62,338 bases of DNA, filler included, from Sluysia triapertura (GCA_046118255.1; 5 parts of 5 records of this genome joined end to end with filler, not necessarily neighbours in it), one strand, 5' to 3'. Shown: positions 13,406 through 26,304, counted from the first letter of the whole stretch. The notes: generated by a model from the sequence alone, not told the origin. Made by a program: numbers and translations.

Positions 13406-14489
13406 GAGGTACTACAAAGTGATATATTATGCAATGTTAGCTCGAGAAAAATAGTATTGATATTCTTGTGTTTTTGTTACTTTTATTTTAAAATATCAAA
13501 TTATAAGTCAATAATTAAACAAATTCGGAATCTCAATATGCTTTTAAAATATCACAATATTCTTTTATAATAATACAATTCTAATATATATAAATAAAAT
13601 CAATTACTTTTTAATGGTAATATGCTTTCAATATACTTTTTAAATGTTACAATCAATAACTGTTCTTATACGAACTTACAGTTACAAATCTTTAACCAAA
13701 AAATTCTAAAAATTACTACCAGGTGTTTCACAACTTAATATCATTAAATTTTGACTCCCGTATTAACAACAATAAAATAATAAAAGAGAAGCACAAGAGA
13801 AACACTAACCTTAATAAATTTCTTTATCAGCTTTAATCAGCTGCTGAAGAATAAACCTCAATCTCACTGTTTTCCATAAATGGATTGAAGTAACGTTCTT
13901 AAAGCTTAATAAGTCCTTGTTTTTAATAGCCTTTTTCCAATTCTCTCTAGCCTTTTTCTAATTTTCCTTCAAAAACATGACTGCTTATATAACAGTTTGA
14001 CAATCATTCATGAGATTGGAAATTGGACAAGATGGAAATAATTACTTATTTAATTATCTATTCTTTATGGTCGGCCATAAGCCGACCAATTTTAACGACT
14101 AAATTTTAACAGTAATTTCCCCCTATTATTATATTTTATAATTACGCAAAGATAATGGGATTTTTGTTAAACAATCCATTTATCTTTTCAACATAATTAA
14201 ATCACAAATTAATTATAAGTCATTGCGTGAATATTTTGTCATTAATGCAATTTATTAACTTAAATTAAGGATAGAATTAATGAAATACTAAATTTATATA
14301 GAAATTTTTTGTATAAAACGTTGTGCGTCAACCATAAGTCGCAAGTATAGTTCATTAACAAATTTGAATTAGTATCCTCACGAGCATCAATTTAATGCAT
14401 ACTTTAATTATACTTAAATATCATAACATATATAACTCTAATTTTAGATTATATAAACGAACTGAAATAACTAATTTTTATGATAGCTG

Positions 14490-14804
14490 CGTTGGAGTGC
14501 TTCGCAACACTTCATCATTAAAAATACTTAAAAACATATCTTTATACATAAATTCTTATATTATTTTATCTTAAGCAAACATTTTTAATTAAGTTACTTA
14601 ACAAATGTATTTTAATATTTTAACAAATAAAACCTTATAAATGGTTATTTCTTCATGTCTTTCATTCTTTTGTTTTGATTCAAATATTTTTTACATTTAT
14701 TTGTCATCAGCGTTAATCATAATGTTTCATCACGATATTTATTTCATTTTTATGTCGTGAGTCATAACCCTTAAGTTCCTTCTTATCCTTAACTAATCCC
14801 AACA
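14490..14804 (-). mobile_element. Solo LTR-like repeat, family B (TGTTGGGATTAG...CTCCAAC)
   Basis: TGTTGG/CCAAC inverted termini. Homologous to 38145-38290 (-) and 45357-45590 (+). No clear TSD. Confidence 0.55.
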
Positions 14805-15077
14805 TTTTTATTGTACATAGATTAGATGATAAACGTTTGAAGCATTATTTGTGATGCGCATTAATAGATTGTAATTTCAAAAGTATCAACATTAGTTTAA
14901 ATTTTAATGATGTATTTAAATTTGTTTAACAAAAAAAATAGTTAACTTCATATTGATAATCTCATCATATCTAGATTAGATGTGAAACATTTATAAGATT
15001 ATTCATGCTACGTTATTTATGACAGATCTACGTAAATGACAGATCTTATCGTAACAGTATAAATACAATGCTGTAAG

Positions 15078-15272
15078 TGATCACGAAAAACATAAACCAT
15101 AAATATAAATTATTCATGTTATTTAACAACCAATCACGAAAGACAAAACCATACTGCATAAACCAACCATGTTATGAATCAAGAAAAGATAAAGCATATC
15201 GTATAAATTATTCCTGTTATGTAACAATTGATCACGAAAAAGATAAAACATATTGTACAAATTATTTATGTA
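15078..15272 (+). repeat. Degenerate 45-54-bp tandem repeat x4 (DHEKDK.Y..NY.CY-like)
   Basis: Recurrent atcacgaaaa.gataaa.cata...aaattatt..tgttat motif. Confidence 0.55.
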
Positions 15273-16769
15273 GTGTTATAAAAGGAAATATCACTATCTT
15301 AGAATTTTAATTCCTAAACCAAGATAGTTGTGAAGGTCCACTTTATGAAAATTATGGTACGAATTTAGAAAATAAAAAGAATCGTGATTAATGTTATGTA
15401 TCCAAAATTTTCATATCGCGATTTCATAAACAATTTGAAAGAACAATACAGAGCGGAAAGATTTTAGTCAGAATATCGTCAAGTCTCACTCACATTTATC
15501 AAATGTTTTGCTTATCAGTCCAATGAGGAATGCACAATTTATATTATGAAGAATTGTAAGTGATTTACCTTTTTAAATGATTAATTTACTTTCTGATGCT
15601 AGAAATTTAATTTCGTTTTTAGTAATTTTTAAAATAGAGTTTTGTCTTTATTTTATTTATGCAAAATTAATAATAACTTGCATAAATAATCAATGAAACG
15701 TTAAGATATTTCTATATCATTATTAAATTTTTCATTATAATTTTTAAACAAGATTCAACAAATTTTTCTTCATTTATCACTTGTTTTAATGGTAAACGTT
15801 AATATCAACATTAAGTTGCGCATAATTAACTCGCATTTTGTAAAAGAAATATTCCATTTCTGTAAATATTTTTGTATTTCAATATTTTTGTAAAACATAT
15901 TGTATATTATTTTAATTTTTAAATCACAATTATTTTAATTTTAATTTTTTACGATATTTTTATGATTTGATTCTATATCATAGCATTCATAATTTTATAC
16001 TGTTTTAATTTCAATTTTATCTTATTTTAATTATGAGAGCAGAATATTTTATTGCGAAATAAAAAACATAAGCCTATAAATACAAATTACTCACAATCAA
16101 TCTTACTCAGTTATTCAAGATAATTTTCAAATTCTTCAAAGAATATTTCAAAATGATTTTGTCCTCTACTAAAGGAATTTATTCGCGAAGCTATCTTTCA
16201 GTAATTAATTCTTTTTGGAAACAAATTTTCGCTTGGATTATCTTGTATTGGAGAACATATATTAAAAGATTGGTGTTTTTTGAACAAATATTCCATGATA
16301 TGAAATCGTAAGTTAATTCTTGATAACTATAATATTTAGTTTCAACTATAATATTTAGTTTCAACTTCTAACAGAAAACATTTTTTAATTATCAAAAAGT
16401 CAAGAATAATTCGAATTAACATCAATTTTTTAAGATCTAAAAATTTTTGTCAAAGGAAAACTGTAGATTTAAATTGTCTTTATATTATCATTATTATATT
16501 TGTTTTTATATTGTGTAATTTTATTTACTTTTTCATAAAAAAAGCTTAGTATTGAGTTGTTTAACTTATTTGTAAACTAATAGCTAAAATAATAAAGTAA
16601 AAATTTGTTAACCAGCAATTAGAATATTGATTAAGCATAATTTTGAAAATTGCATTTATTTACATTAAGTTTAAAAGAGGCACCATAAATAAATTCGAAA
16701 TTCTAAAGTTTGAAGATATAAGACTAATAGATACGTAATTGTCATTGAATAAAAATTATATTGTGTTTT

Positions 16770-18270
16770 TTGCATATTATTTTAAGGACCCTCTTTCGTA
16801 GGAAACTGACTCATACCTGTAATCGTGTCTTCCATTGGGATATTAATCACAGGATTACAGGGGAATCCATAAAAGAAATTGATTGTAATTGTTGCGTTTT
16901 ATGAGCCTTAAGCCCATAAATATTATTTTATTTTAAGTATTTTAAATGCGTTCACTCAATTTGTAACTAAATCGAAGGCTCCTTTGATTATAATAATTAA
17001 TTTCAACTTTATAAATTCCGTATTTTGTAAAAACCCTCAAATAACCCTATAATAATAATAATCATCATCATCATAAAAATAATAATAATATTATATTAAT
17101 AACATTATTATTAATCTTGTAGTAATGATAATATTTATAATTATATTAATAAATATTTATTAATATAATAAATTAATTAACAATATTTATTAAAGAGTTT
17201 TTATGTAAATTCTATTAAAATTTATTTTACTGACATTTAAAAGTAAAACATTTATTTCGAGAAATTATTAATTAATTTATCAAAGCATAAAATTATTAAA
17301 TGAGAAAGATATCACAAAGGAATTATTTTTGTTTTTTTTAAACTAATTTCAAATGAATCTTTTAATTGAAATTAATTGACATATTGTTAATAAAAGTGAC
17401 AATTTGTGAAGAGGTCATTTATAATTTGATCGATTTAATTTACTTTTAATTAGGAATTGCAATTAATATTTTAAATTATGTAATTGAAATGAGAATACAA
17501 TAAATACTCGAAATTTAAATTAAAATTAAAAAAAATGAAGATAATTTAAATTTTTTAATGATTTTATAATAAAAAGTTAATTTTTAATTATTATCTTTCC
17601 TTTAACTAATTGTTTAAGTAAATAAATTATTGATTTTATAGAGTATTAAAACTATTCTGAATAATAAGTCATTAGTTTTAATTTTTTATTGCTTCACTCT
17701 TTAGCATAAACTACTTTATGCTAAGATTTTTAAGTGGGAATTATTCTAATTATTCTAATATACTAATGATAATATAAATTCAGTTTGTCAAGTCACACCG
17801 AAACGAGAATAATTGAATTGTAAAGATAATTGAAGTAGTACTTGTAATAAAATGTGATGTGTGAATGAATAATGTCTTTAGTACAAGTTTAAACGAGCAT
17901 ATAGGATAGCAGAAACAACCATTAAATACTGCGGTTCGGAAAACTGATATTTTACGCATATAATTTCGATAGTTATATGAAGACTATATAACTTCTTTTA
18001 TATGTTTTTGCGGTTAAGAAATTAATAAATATAATCATTATGATTAAAATTAAAAGTGATTAGTTAAATTTTAAGACAGTTAATGAGAAGATTAGGCATA
18101 TTAATTATCCATTTTCTGAGTTTATTATTTCTTAAAAATTCAACAAATTTAAAACTTTACTTATGGCTTCGCCTGTAATCCAGTGATTAATATCCCTATT
18201 GAAGACACGGTTACTTATAAATGTCAGTATATTGCTTAAAGAGCATAACATATTTTAATAATATGCTGCG
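16770..18270. repeat. Inverted pair of ~70-100-bp repeats about 1.3 kb apart
   Basis: 16805-16872 (gtaatcgtgtcttccattgggatattaatcacaggattacagg) is an approximate reverse complement of 18161-18228. Confidence 0.65.
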
Positions 18271-19637
18271 TTGTTCTTAACCTTACAGAATAAAGCAAAA
18301 TTTTAAGTACTAGACTTACCGATTAGGGTTAGCCGTTTAATGTGGAGGTTAAACAATTTTATTAAGTTAGTTATTAAATGAGATTTTACGTATCCGAATG
18401 AAATTCGGTGAGAAAAACCTTTATTACTTTGAAACTATAGAATTTGCACTGATTCATTAAATGAATCTATCAACTTTTCAAAAAAATTTTAATTATATAA
18501 TTAAACAATTATATAATTATATAATTTTTAACATTATATAAGCATCTTGCGAACATACCAAAAGTTAGACTAATACTTATCTACATTTCACACACTAAAC
18601 ATATTAATAACTAACGATATATTAACATTTTCAGCTAAAGACATTATTTCATTTAGAACATTAGGCTGAAGTATCTAAAATTCATTTTTTATTTAATTTT
18701 TTTAAGTAATTTTTTATTTATAATAATAATAATTTTTATTTTAAATTAATTAATTTAGTAAATTTTTATAATGAACAATTTTAAATAGATTTTATAATAT
18801 TTTTGTAAATTTTCAAAAATTAAAAAATTTAAAAAATACAAATCAAATTTATGTACATTCTTACAATATTTAAGAAATATTAAAATTAGTTTTGTTTATA
18901 TAAATCAATTTATATAAATCAATATGGAAGTCAACAAAAAATCGATGTAAATATAAATACAACAACCCAATATTTGGAGATTAGAATACACGATTTTAAA
19001 TATATTCATTTGGTTTTATCCACAACAACAGCTATTTCCAGGTATAGGTAAATTTTATAAACATAAGTTGCTAAAATCCTAATCGTAAACGATAGGAGTA
19101 TTAAAATCTACGTAAATTATAATCGAATATCCTATACCGTAAATGGTCAATTTTCATTTAAAATCACATTAATTATACCTAAGCCTTAAGTTTAAGGTAT
19201 TAAATTCCATATCGTTATTATATTAATACTTATTTTATTGTTAATTTGGTGTTTGATTTACAATTAATAAATTTATTAGAGAGTTAAAAGTATTTTTTGT
19301 ATTAAATTACTTTTGACATCAGATTGTAATAGGTTGGTTTAAATCTTAAAATTTCGTCAGACCGTGAAAAGGCTGACTTAAATTATAACACTCTAATTAA
19401 ACTATAACAATTTGACTTTAGTAAGAGAGTTAACCTCAATTGCAATAAATTAAAGTATACATAATCTTCATTTCAATAATTTGAAATCATTGTATAAGCA
19501 TCCTTCCTATGACAAAAGCTAATTTCTTTCCTTTGTAAAAATCTAATTATAACGTCTTCGTTCAGATATAAAACGTGTCTAATTAGTAGGACTAACTTCC
19601 AGAGTTTATTCATTTTGCTAGTTAGGTTTCTTTAAGT

Positions 19638-19760
19638 AAAACCACAGCAGTATGCTGTGGTTTTTTCTTAATACTAAACCTACGGCAAAATAAAATTTGA
19701 GCAGGGTCTGGCTACAGTAAGCGTCTTACAGCTAATAGTTGGCACCTCTGTAGCTTATAA
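19638..19760 (+). repeat. Dispersed repeat with a 12-bp hairpin, homologous to ~44950-45060
   Basis: AAAACCACAGCA-GTA-TGCTGTGGTTTT, followed by cggcaaaata...cagggt...tacagtaa.cgtctta...tagttggc shared with the second copy. Confidence 0.55.
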
Positions 19761-22700
19761 GTGAAAATTCTTATTTAACTTAATGTAAGAAATGATTGTT
19801 AAAGAATAAAACGAATTAAAATTAACGTGAGTTCACCAACGTACTGGACTTACCAGCGAGGGCCAGCCGTTGGATTTTAACGTAAGAAAAGATGCTTGAC
19901 TTTAAACTATAGAGATTTTACCTAACACCTTAACTCTGGAGGTAAGTTTTTTGGAAATATAATTATGTTAAACTCAATAAATTTAAATGATAATGTTGCG
20001 TGGATTCCGTTATATGGAATCAGAAAAAATAGATTTTGCTAACTAGAATTAACTTCTAGTGTGTGAAAACTTTTGAATCAATTAATTTTAAGATTTTGAA
20101 ATTACAATAACGAAAGCTAAACAACAATTGAACATTTTATTAACAAAATTAATGTGATTAAAGAATAAAAGATTAATATATTAAAGAATAAAATAATAAA
20201 ACGAATACGTAAAACTAAGTATAATTAGTTAATCACAATAAGATTTTATAGAATATTTTTCTACAGATCTTTATAAGATCCAAATTAAAAATAATGAGTT
20301 TACGTATATTTTACTTCTGATATTCAATGAATATCTAACCTTATAAAAACTTAACCTAACGTGATCCGTGCAATGACTTGAATAATAAAACTTTGAACAA
20401 CGAAAGGCTTATAAACAAGATTTTATTGTGTAAATTTATAAGCAAGAATTTATTGTGTTTTTGATACATTTTTGATAACGTATTTATAGTTGTTTTAATC
20501 TGACCTTGGTCAGATTAAAACAAAATAATATATTTTAGAATTTTAGAAGAATTAAAATTAACAAAGTAAAAATTTAAAAATTTATTTTAAAATAAAATTT
20601 AAAGATAAAATTTAAAAATTTTAAACGTACTTTTTTCTTTTAGTAAATCTCCGAAAATAAATTAATAATTTGATTAATAATTACAAACGAAAATAAATTA
20701 ATAATTTGAATGATAATTGTAAAAATCAATAATATAATAATAATAATGAATTACACATAAATCATAATATAACAACAAATAACAATGATTATACACGTTT
20801 GAATGATAACAAATAACAATAATCAGATTATACACGTCTGTCACAATATTATTATTATTATTAGTATTAGTATTATTATTATCATTATTATTATTAACAA
20901 ATAATAAATAACAAATTAAACAAATAACAAGGTTGAATTTATTTTTCAACATAATAATAATTTAAAAATATAAATAATAATAATGAATAATGTTATTAAT
21001 TGTTTATTATAATTAATAAGTGTATTCCAATCATAGCTTCCAGAAAATGTTCGCTCACGTATAATCATTGAGCGAGTAAGAAATAAATCTGTATAATTCA
21101 ATAAAAAAATAATTTCTACATTTTCGTATGTTTAAATCGCATCATCATCTTTTGAAGAATGATTTTGGAATATAATATAATTTGTATTTCTTTAAAATCG
21201 TTTTCAATAAATTGCGATTTGTAAAAACAATTATATCCTATTTTTAGTTTACCGGATAAAAATGCTTCTAGCCATGATAAACGTGCAGAAAATCAAACGA
21301 ATCCGTATGATATGAGAAAAATACTTATTAGTAAATAAAACCTAAGCCTTGTGATACAAAACAAGAGAAAGTTTACTTGAAAGAATGACAATTTTAATCA
21401 TAAATTGAAACATTAATCATTTTCGATAGCATATATAACAAAATAAATAATAATAAAACGACATAATCAAGTACTATTAAATGTTTCTATTCGATTTTAT
21501 CGTTCGTACTGTTGATAAAAAGAATGGAAAAGTATGAAACTATAATTGAAAAATAAAATATGAAGCTAACAGTTAAATCAATGTTACTACATCTTCCATT
21601 TGTCGGTAATACTGCAAAACTGGCCAGAATTATAAATTTCAGAGCTAACTTTAAATTATTGGCATTGTAGAAATTTTCAACGAAGTAATTGATAATCAGC
21701 AAATTAATAGGTAAATCATAGGATAAATGAGTTGAGTGATCATACATTATACATTAGAGTAGATGAGTTAATAAGCTTTTTAATAATATTTAAAATTCAA
21801 TAAAAAATAATTTTATTTTATTATTCATTTTTATATTTTCAGATTTGTGATGGCAAGACAAAGTTTCAAAATAATCTGGTTGTTATTTTTCATTCTGATA
21901 TTTTTATTTCACAACATTAATTTTTTTTATAATGCCTTATGAGGAAATATTTATTAATTGCAATAAAACAACCAAGATCATATTCACAGACATTATAATA
22001 TATAATCGAAAACAAAATGTTCAAACACTAAACAATGGATATTTCGTAATCAATAACGCTGTAGACAATATCACAAATATTGTTAAAATAAGAAATACTA
22101 CGTAGGGATACATTTTTAATGATCTAGCCAAATATGGTCCTTAAAACACTTTGTGTAGAATGCATTTGTTCTGATGGTAAAGCTTTAGTGAATAACGATT
22201 CACCACAATCGTTAAAGTAAAGATAACCAAATATTGTTTTACATAATAAAACAATATGTAAAATTTTTTCTTCTGAATTCACAAAATATGTGGAGGCCAA
22301 CATGTAACCTTAATAATTTTATTAAAATTCACAATTCATATTTCCCATAACACTCATCCCAATATCAACAACTCACACTTCAAAATTCACAATTTAATAC
22401 AATACAATTAAATTCATACTCGTTTAACACCACATAACAACTTTGTAAAAATTCTTTTCACATTCACAAAAATATACTCTCATTTATCAAAACATTTTAA
22501 ATCTGTAAAAAATAACATTGAAACTACAATCACAGTGGAAATTTATCAAGAGACATTTTCAAAACATTTCAAATATTCTAAATTCATGATCTGCATCATT
22601 TAATCCTCTACAACACTTAACGATGTCACTACATAAACAATTCAATTTAAATTACATTTTAACATCATGCAATCATTTCTCGAACATACTAAAAGTTATT

Positions 22701-23531
22701 TTATTCACATTTTACCAAAATACACCTTTTTATCATATCAATAACTCAGGATCTATCAACATTTTCAGCTAGAAACATTATCCTATTTAGAATATTAAAG
22801 TGTATTCTAACTTCCACATAAACATACATTGTGCCTCAAAATATCTAACACCTAAAAGTATTTACATTTAATTAAGCGAAAGTAATACAAGAAAAGATTA
22901 TGTTTCTCCTTTACCTTTAACTTTTAATATGTCAAGGAGTTTAAGAATTAAAAGTAAGATCGTATAATTTTAGTATTTCGAAGACTTTATGTGTTTATTA
23001 ATAATAATAATAATGATAATAATAATAATAATAACATTTTTTTATTATTACTACCATCACTATTTTTAATTTTTATTATTATTTTGGCCAAAAATTATTT
23101 ATTTGGTAACTCCCACTACCAGTGGGGACTATTAATTTACAATGACAGTCAATGTCACTACTGATAGTGATTCACTCGTCAAGTGTTCAATTATAATTTT
23201 TATTCAATTATTTAACCAGAATTAATTTATACATTGCTTTTATATGTTTCTGATTGGATAGCCAATCAGAGTTACTTCACACTCAGTTTTATTACTAAAT
23301 TTTGGCAGCATGGTATCAGCACAAGATTCATAGATTTTTTGGCATCAATAATTCTCGTTTGCTGATAAAGTTTTGTTACAATCTGTGTTTGATTTAAATT
23401 ATTAAAAGATTTTCACAATTTTCATAAATTATTTGGCAACAATCTATTTATCACAGTAATATCATTATTTATTTTTTGTTTTAAAAAAAAGACATATTTT
23501 TGCAGTTTTTTCATTAATTATTTGATAATAA

Positions 23532-23930
23532 GTTATGATTTTTAGTAATGATCGAAGTAAAGTTAATGATGATGAACGTAACGATTATATAATATAATTA
23601 GCTACGAAGCTAAATCTAATATGTTTCATAACAATAAAGATACCAATGTCCCAATTATAATTCTTAGTAATGACCGAAATAAAGCTAATGATGATAAACG
23701 TAGTGATTATATAATATACCGTTGCGAAGTTAAATCTAATCTGTTCTATAACAACAAAGGTACCCATGTTCGAATCATGATTTTTAGTAATGACCGAAAT
23801 AAAGCTAATGATGGTAAGCGTAACGAATATATAATATACAACTATAAAGTTAAGTCTAACTCGATTTACAACAATAAAGATATCAATGTTCCATGTTTGA
23901 TGTTTTGCAGTGATCAGAATAAAGCTATTA
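23532..23930 (+). repeat. 120-bp (40-aa) tandem repeat, ~3.3 copies, reading frame kept over most of its length
   Basis: NNKDTNVPIIILSNDRNKANDDKRSDYIIYRCEVKSNLFY / NNKGTHVRIMIFSNDRNKANDGKRNEYIIYNYKVKSNSIY / partial third copy. The first copy is frameshifted. Confidence 0.75.
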
Positions 23931-24255
23931 ATTATAATTATTAAAAATTAATAATTATAATTATGCTTGACACGAATTTATGCTAATTAGGAGAGACAAA
24001 CTTACCGATGGTAAAACCAGCAATCAAGAAAGAAATGATGTACTTTTTATTTATCGTAAAGACAAAATTTATAAACCTAAATGTCTTAGAATTAAAATTT
24101 TTAATTTATTTGTTTAAAATATAATAATTTGTTTAATAATATAATGTTTTTCGAACAAAAAATTTTTCAAGACACGAATTATGATAATAATTAATTTTAA
24201 ATTTCATAAAGCTCAAAATAAATCAAATTTAAATTTAAAAAATAATCTAAGATCT

Positions 24256-24755
24256 TTAACCATCAAAAACATACACCACAAAATACAATGCAATAATCAT
24301 CCAAATATAACCAACAATTAATGTAATTAAACCAGTTAATAAAACACTTCCATCTTTAACATATTTAGATACCCATTGAAGAATAACATAGATAATTATG
24401 ACTGATATACCGGCTACTAAATATAAATAACTATAATGGACTTCCGTCCAATTAAAATGTCGAATAGTTACTGGCGGAATTACAGCTTCTAGTGCCATTA
24501 AACAAAAATACGACGTAAAAACTATAGTAAGTAAGGATGCTTGGACATAGTGACGATAAAGTTCCAAATTATGCCAGAATTGTTTCAGTCGATCCATACA
24601 TGTTATTTTTTATACCAGGACTCGCAATCAACATCTTCATCGATTGATACCTTATGTTTATCTGGATCACAGATTTTTTGTTTAGAATGCGATTTCTTGA
24701 TTTTTTTGTTATTATATTTTTCCATATTGAATGCAAACTTCTTTTCAGCTTTCCT
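24256..24755 (-). pseudogene. MFS transporter fragment (MFSD8-like, TM7-TM9 region)
   Basis: Hydrophobic helices with LEAVIPPVT..FNW, LYLVAGI and SKYVKDGSVLLTGL, resembling MFSD8 ET..TP.T...W and LSKR..DR.LLL.GL. The upstream hydrophilic loop appears joined by a 1-nt frameshift in an A-run near 24610. Confidence 0.55.
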
Positions 24756-24985
24756 TCAAAACATTTGTGTAGCCAGTAATTATGGCGAACCGCATTTTTC
24801 CAATTACGATGTTCATTTCTAAAATACATGAATTCAGTTTGCATCCAGTTATATATCTCGCTTAAGGTTAATTGTTGTTCAAGTGATTCTTGAATAGCTG
24901 TTTTAATTAAATTGACATAACTCATTCCAGGACGTGTCGGATTATTTCTGTAATAATTTCGACAGGTCGCTAAAGAACCATTCAA
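24569..24985 (-). CDS. FoxP-type forkhead domain fragment, intronless and divergent after KCF
   Basis: RNYYRNNPTRPGMSYVNLIKTAIQESLEQQLTLSEIYNWMQTEFMYFRNEHRNWKNAVRHNYWLHKCF aligns with FoxP [37 protein letters not shown]...YFR...TWKNAVRHNLSLHKCF. Confidence 0.75.
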   Translation of the reverse strand: MNGSLATCRNYYRNNPTRPGMSYVNLIKTAIQESLEQQLTLSEIYNWMQTEFMYFRNEHRNWKNAVRHNYWLHKCFEGKLKRSLHSIWKNIITKKSRNRILNKKSVIQINIRYQSMKMLIASPGIKNNMYGSTETILA

Positions 24986-25392
24986 TCTAAAACTTGATCA
25001 TTTGCTTCGACAATAATATTAAAATATCATAAGCTGATTTCTTATCAGTACTTCCCAATATATTGATCACGTAAAATAACAATTTCATAACATAACAATT
25101 AATAACTTCATAGTAACTCAGAAGAATGTCGAATTTAGCATGGAAGTAAAATGACCAGATTCACACATACATAAATTTGGGCGTAATGTGCCCTGACATA
25201 AGTTTTGGATTTTAATATTGTTATGTGGTCGAATATTTAATATTATAAGATTTGAAGTTGGACGATGAATGTTAGTTAAATTATTTTGAGGGCTTATATA
25301 TAACTAAAGTACTTGTATTGTAAGATAAGTACTTCGGTAAGGATATGGTGATCCATGTTCAAGCATTATTAATATCTGACAAAAATATAAGT

Positions 25393-26304
25393 TTATATGA
25401 GATGTACATGACAATATGAATGACGTATAAATAAATGGGTTGCAAAGATTAAATCAAGCGGCAACGCTTTAAACTTTGTCATTTCGTAAAGATTTATATT
25501 TCTTAATATTTTATACATTGTCAAGATCAATTTTTTATTAATTAGACGAATAGGACCTATATTACAATTACAAGAGTTGTTGAATAATGTTTTTACATAA
25601 TTAGTATAATTCAAATAATTGGTATAATTAGATTTATTTAAAACATCATATTTATAGTAACTAGAATCCGTAAAATTTATTACACTTATTAAAATTTTAT
25701 TCAGAACAAATTCTTCTTCACCATTATTAAAACTAGCTGCAGCCCAGCTTACCGGATCCGAATCAGCTTGCATCCTAATCAAATTATAAGAAAATAAATT
25801 GATAATTTCATAATTTACATATATATTAAATAATTTCCAATGAAATAGTGCGTACTTACCTTGATGATAGGTAAGTAGACATTTGATAACACTAATGTTA
25901 GTATTCCCAATGATTAACAAGAAAACACTAATTAATTTAGATCTGTTGAAAGTATTTTTATATGTATAACGCCTGATACTAATAAAAGATATTTTGGGTT
26001 GCATTATATTGGTCTGAGAGTATAAACATTCTCTGGTATGACTAAGTTGACTTATACTAATTTCATAAACTTTAACTTGGCTTGAGCTCAAAACATTAAT
26101 CAAATTACCTTGAATGGTACTGTTAAATATTGCAAGCAATTCTTCCTGGATTAGGAGATCGATTAAGTTTGACCGGATCTGTGTCGACACAAGATATACG
26201 ATGGGCGAAAATTTTGTGGATAGAACATCAAATAGCATACTAAATTGTCCAATAAATGATAACTGCAGATTTAGGAAACATAACTCCTTTATATCATTAT
26301 ACAT
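25393..26304 (-). CDS. 303-codon ORF of unknown function (may be a mosaic of exon fragments)
   Basis: Long for such AT-rich DNA. Contains donor-like GGTAAGT and GGTAATT sites. No family recognised. Confidence 0.25.
   Translation of the reverse strand: MYNDIKELCFLNLQLSFIGQFSMLFDVLSTKFSPIVYLVSTQIRSNLIDLLIQEELLAIFNSTIQGNLINVLSSSQVKVYEISISQLSHTRECLYSQTNIMQPKISFISIRRYTYKNTFNRSKLISVFLLIIGNTNISVIKCLLTYHQGKYALFHWKLFNIYVNYEIINLFSYNLIRMQADSDPVSWAAASFNNGEEEFVLNKILISVINFTDSSYYKYDVLNKSNYTNYLNYTNYVKTLFNNSCNCNIGPIRLINKKLILTMYKILRNINLYEMTKFKALPLDLIFATHLFIRHSYCHVHLI

Noticed and set aside
23310-23322. CA-TGGTATCAG as an LTR end plus tRNA-iMet PBS
   Set aside because: Only a 9-nt match, with no second LTR or gag nearby.
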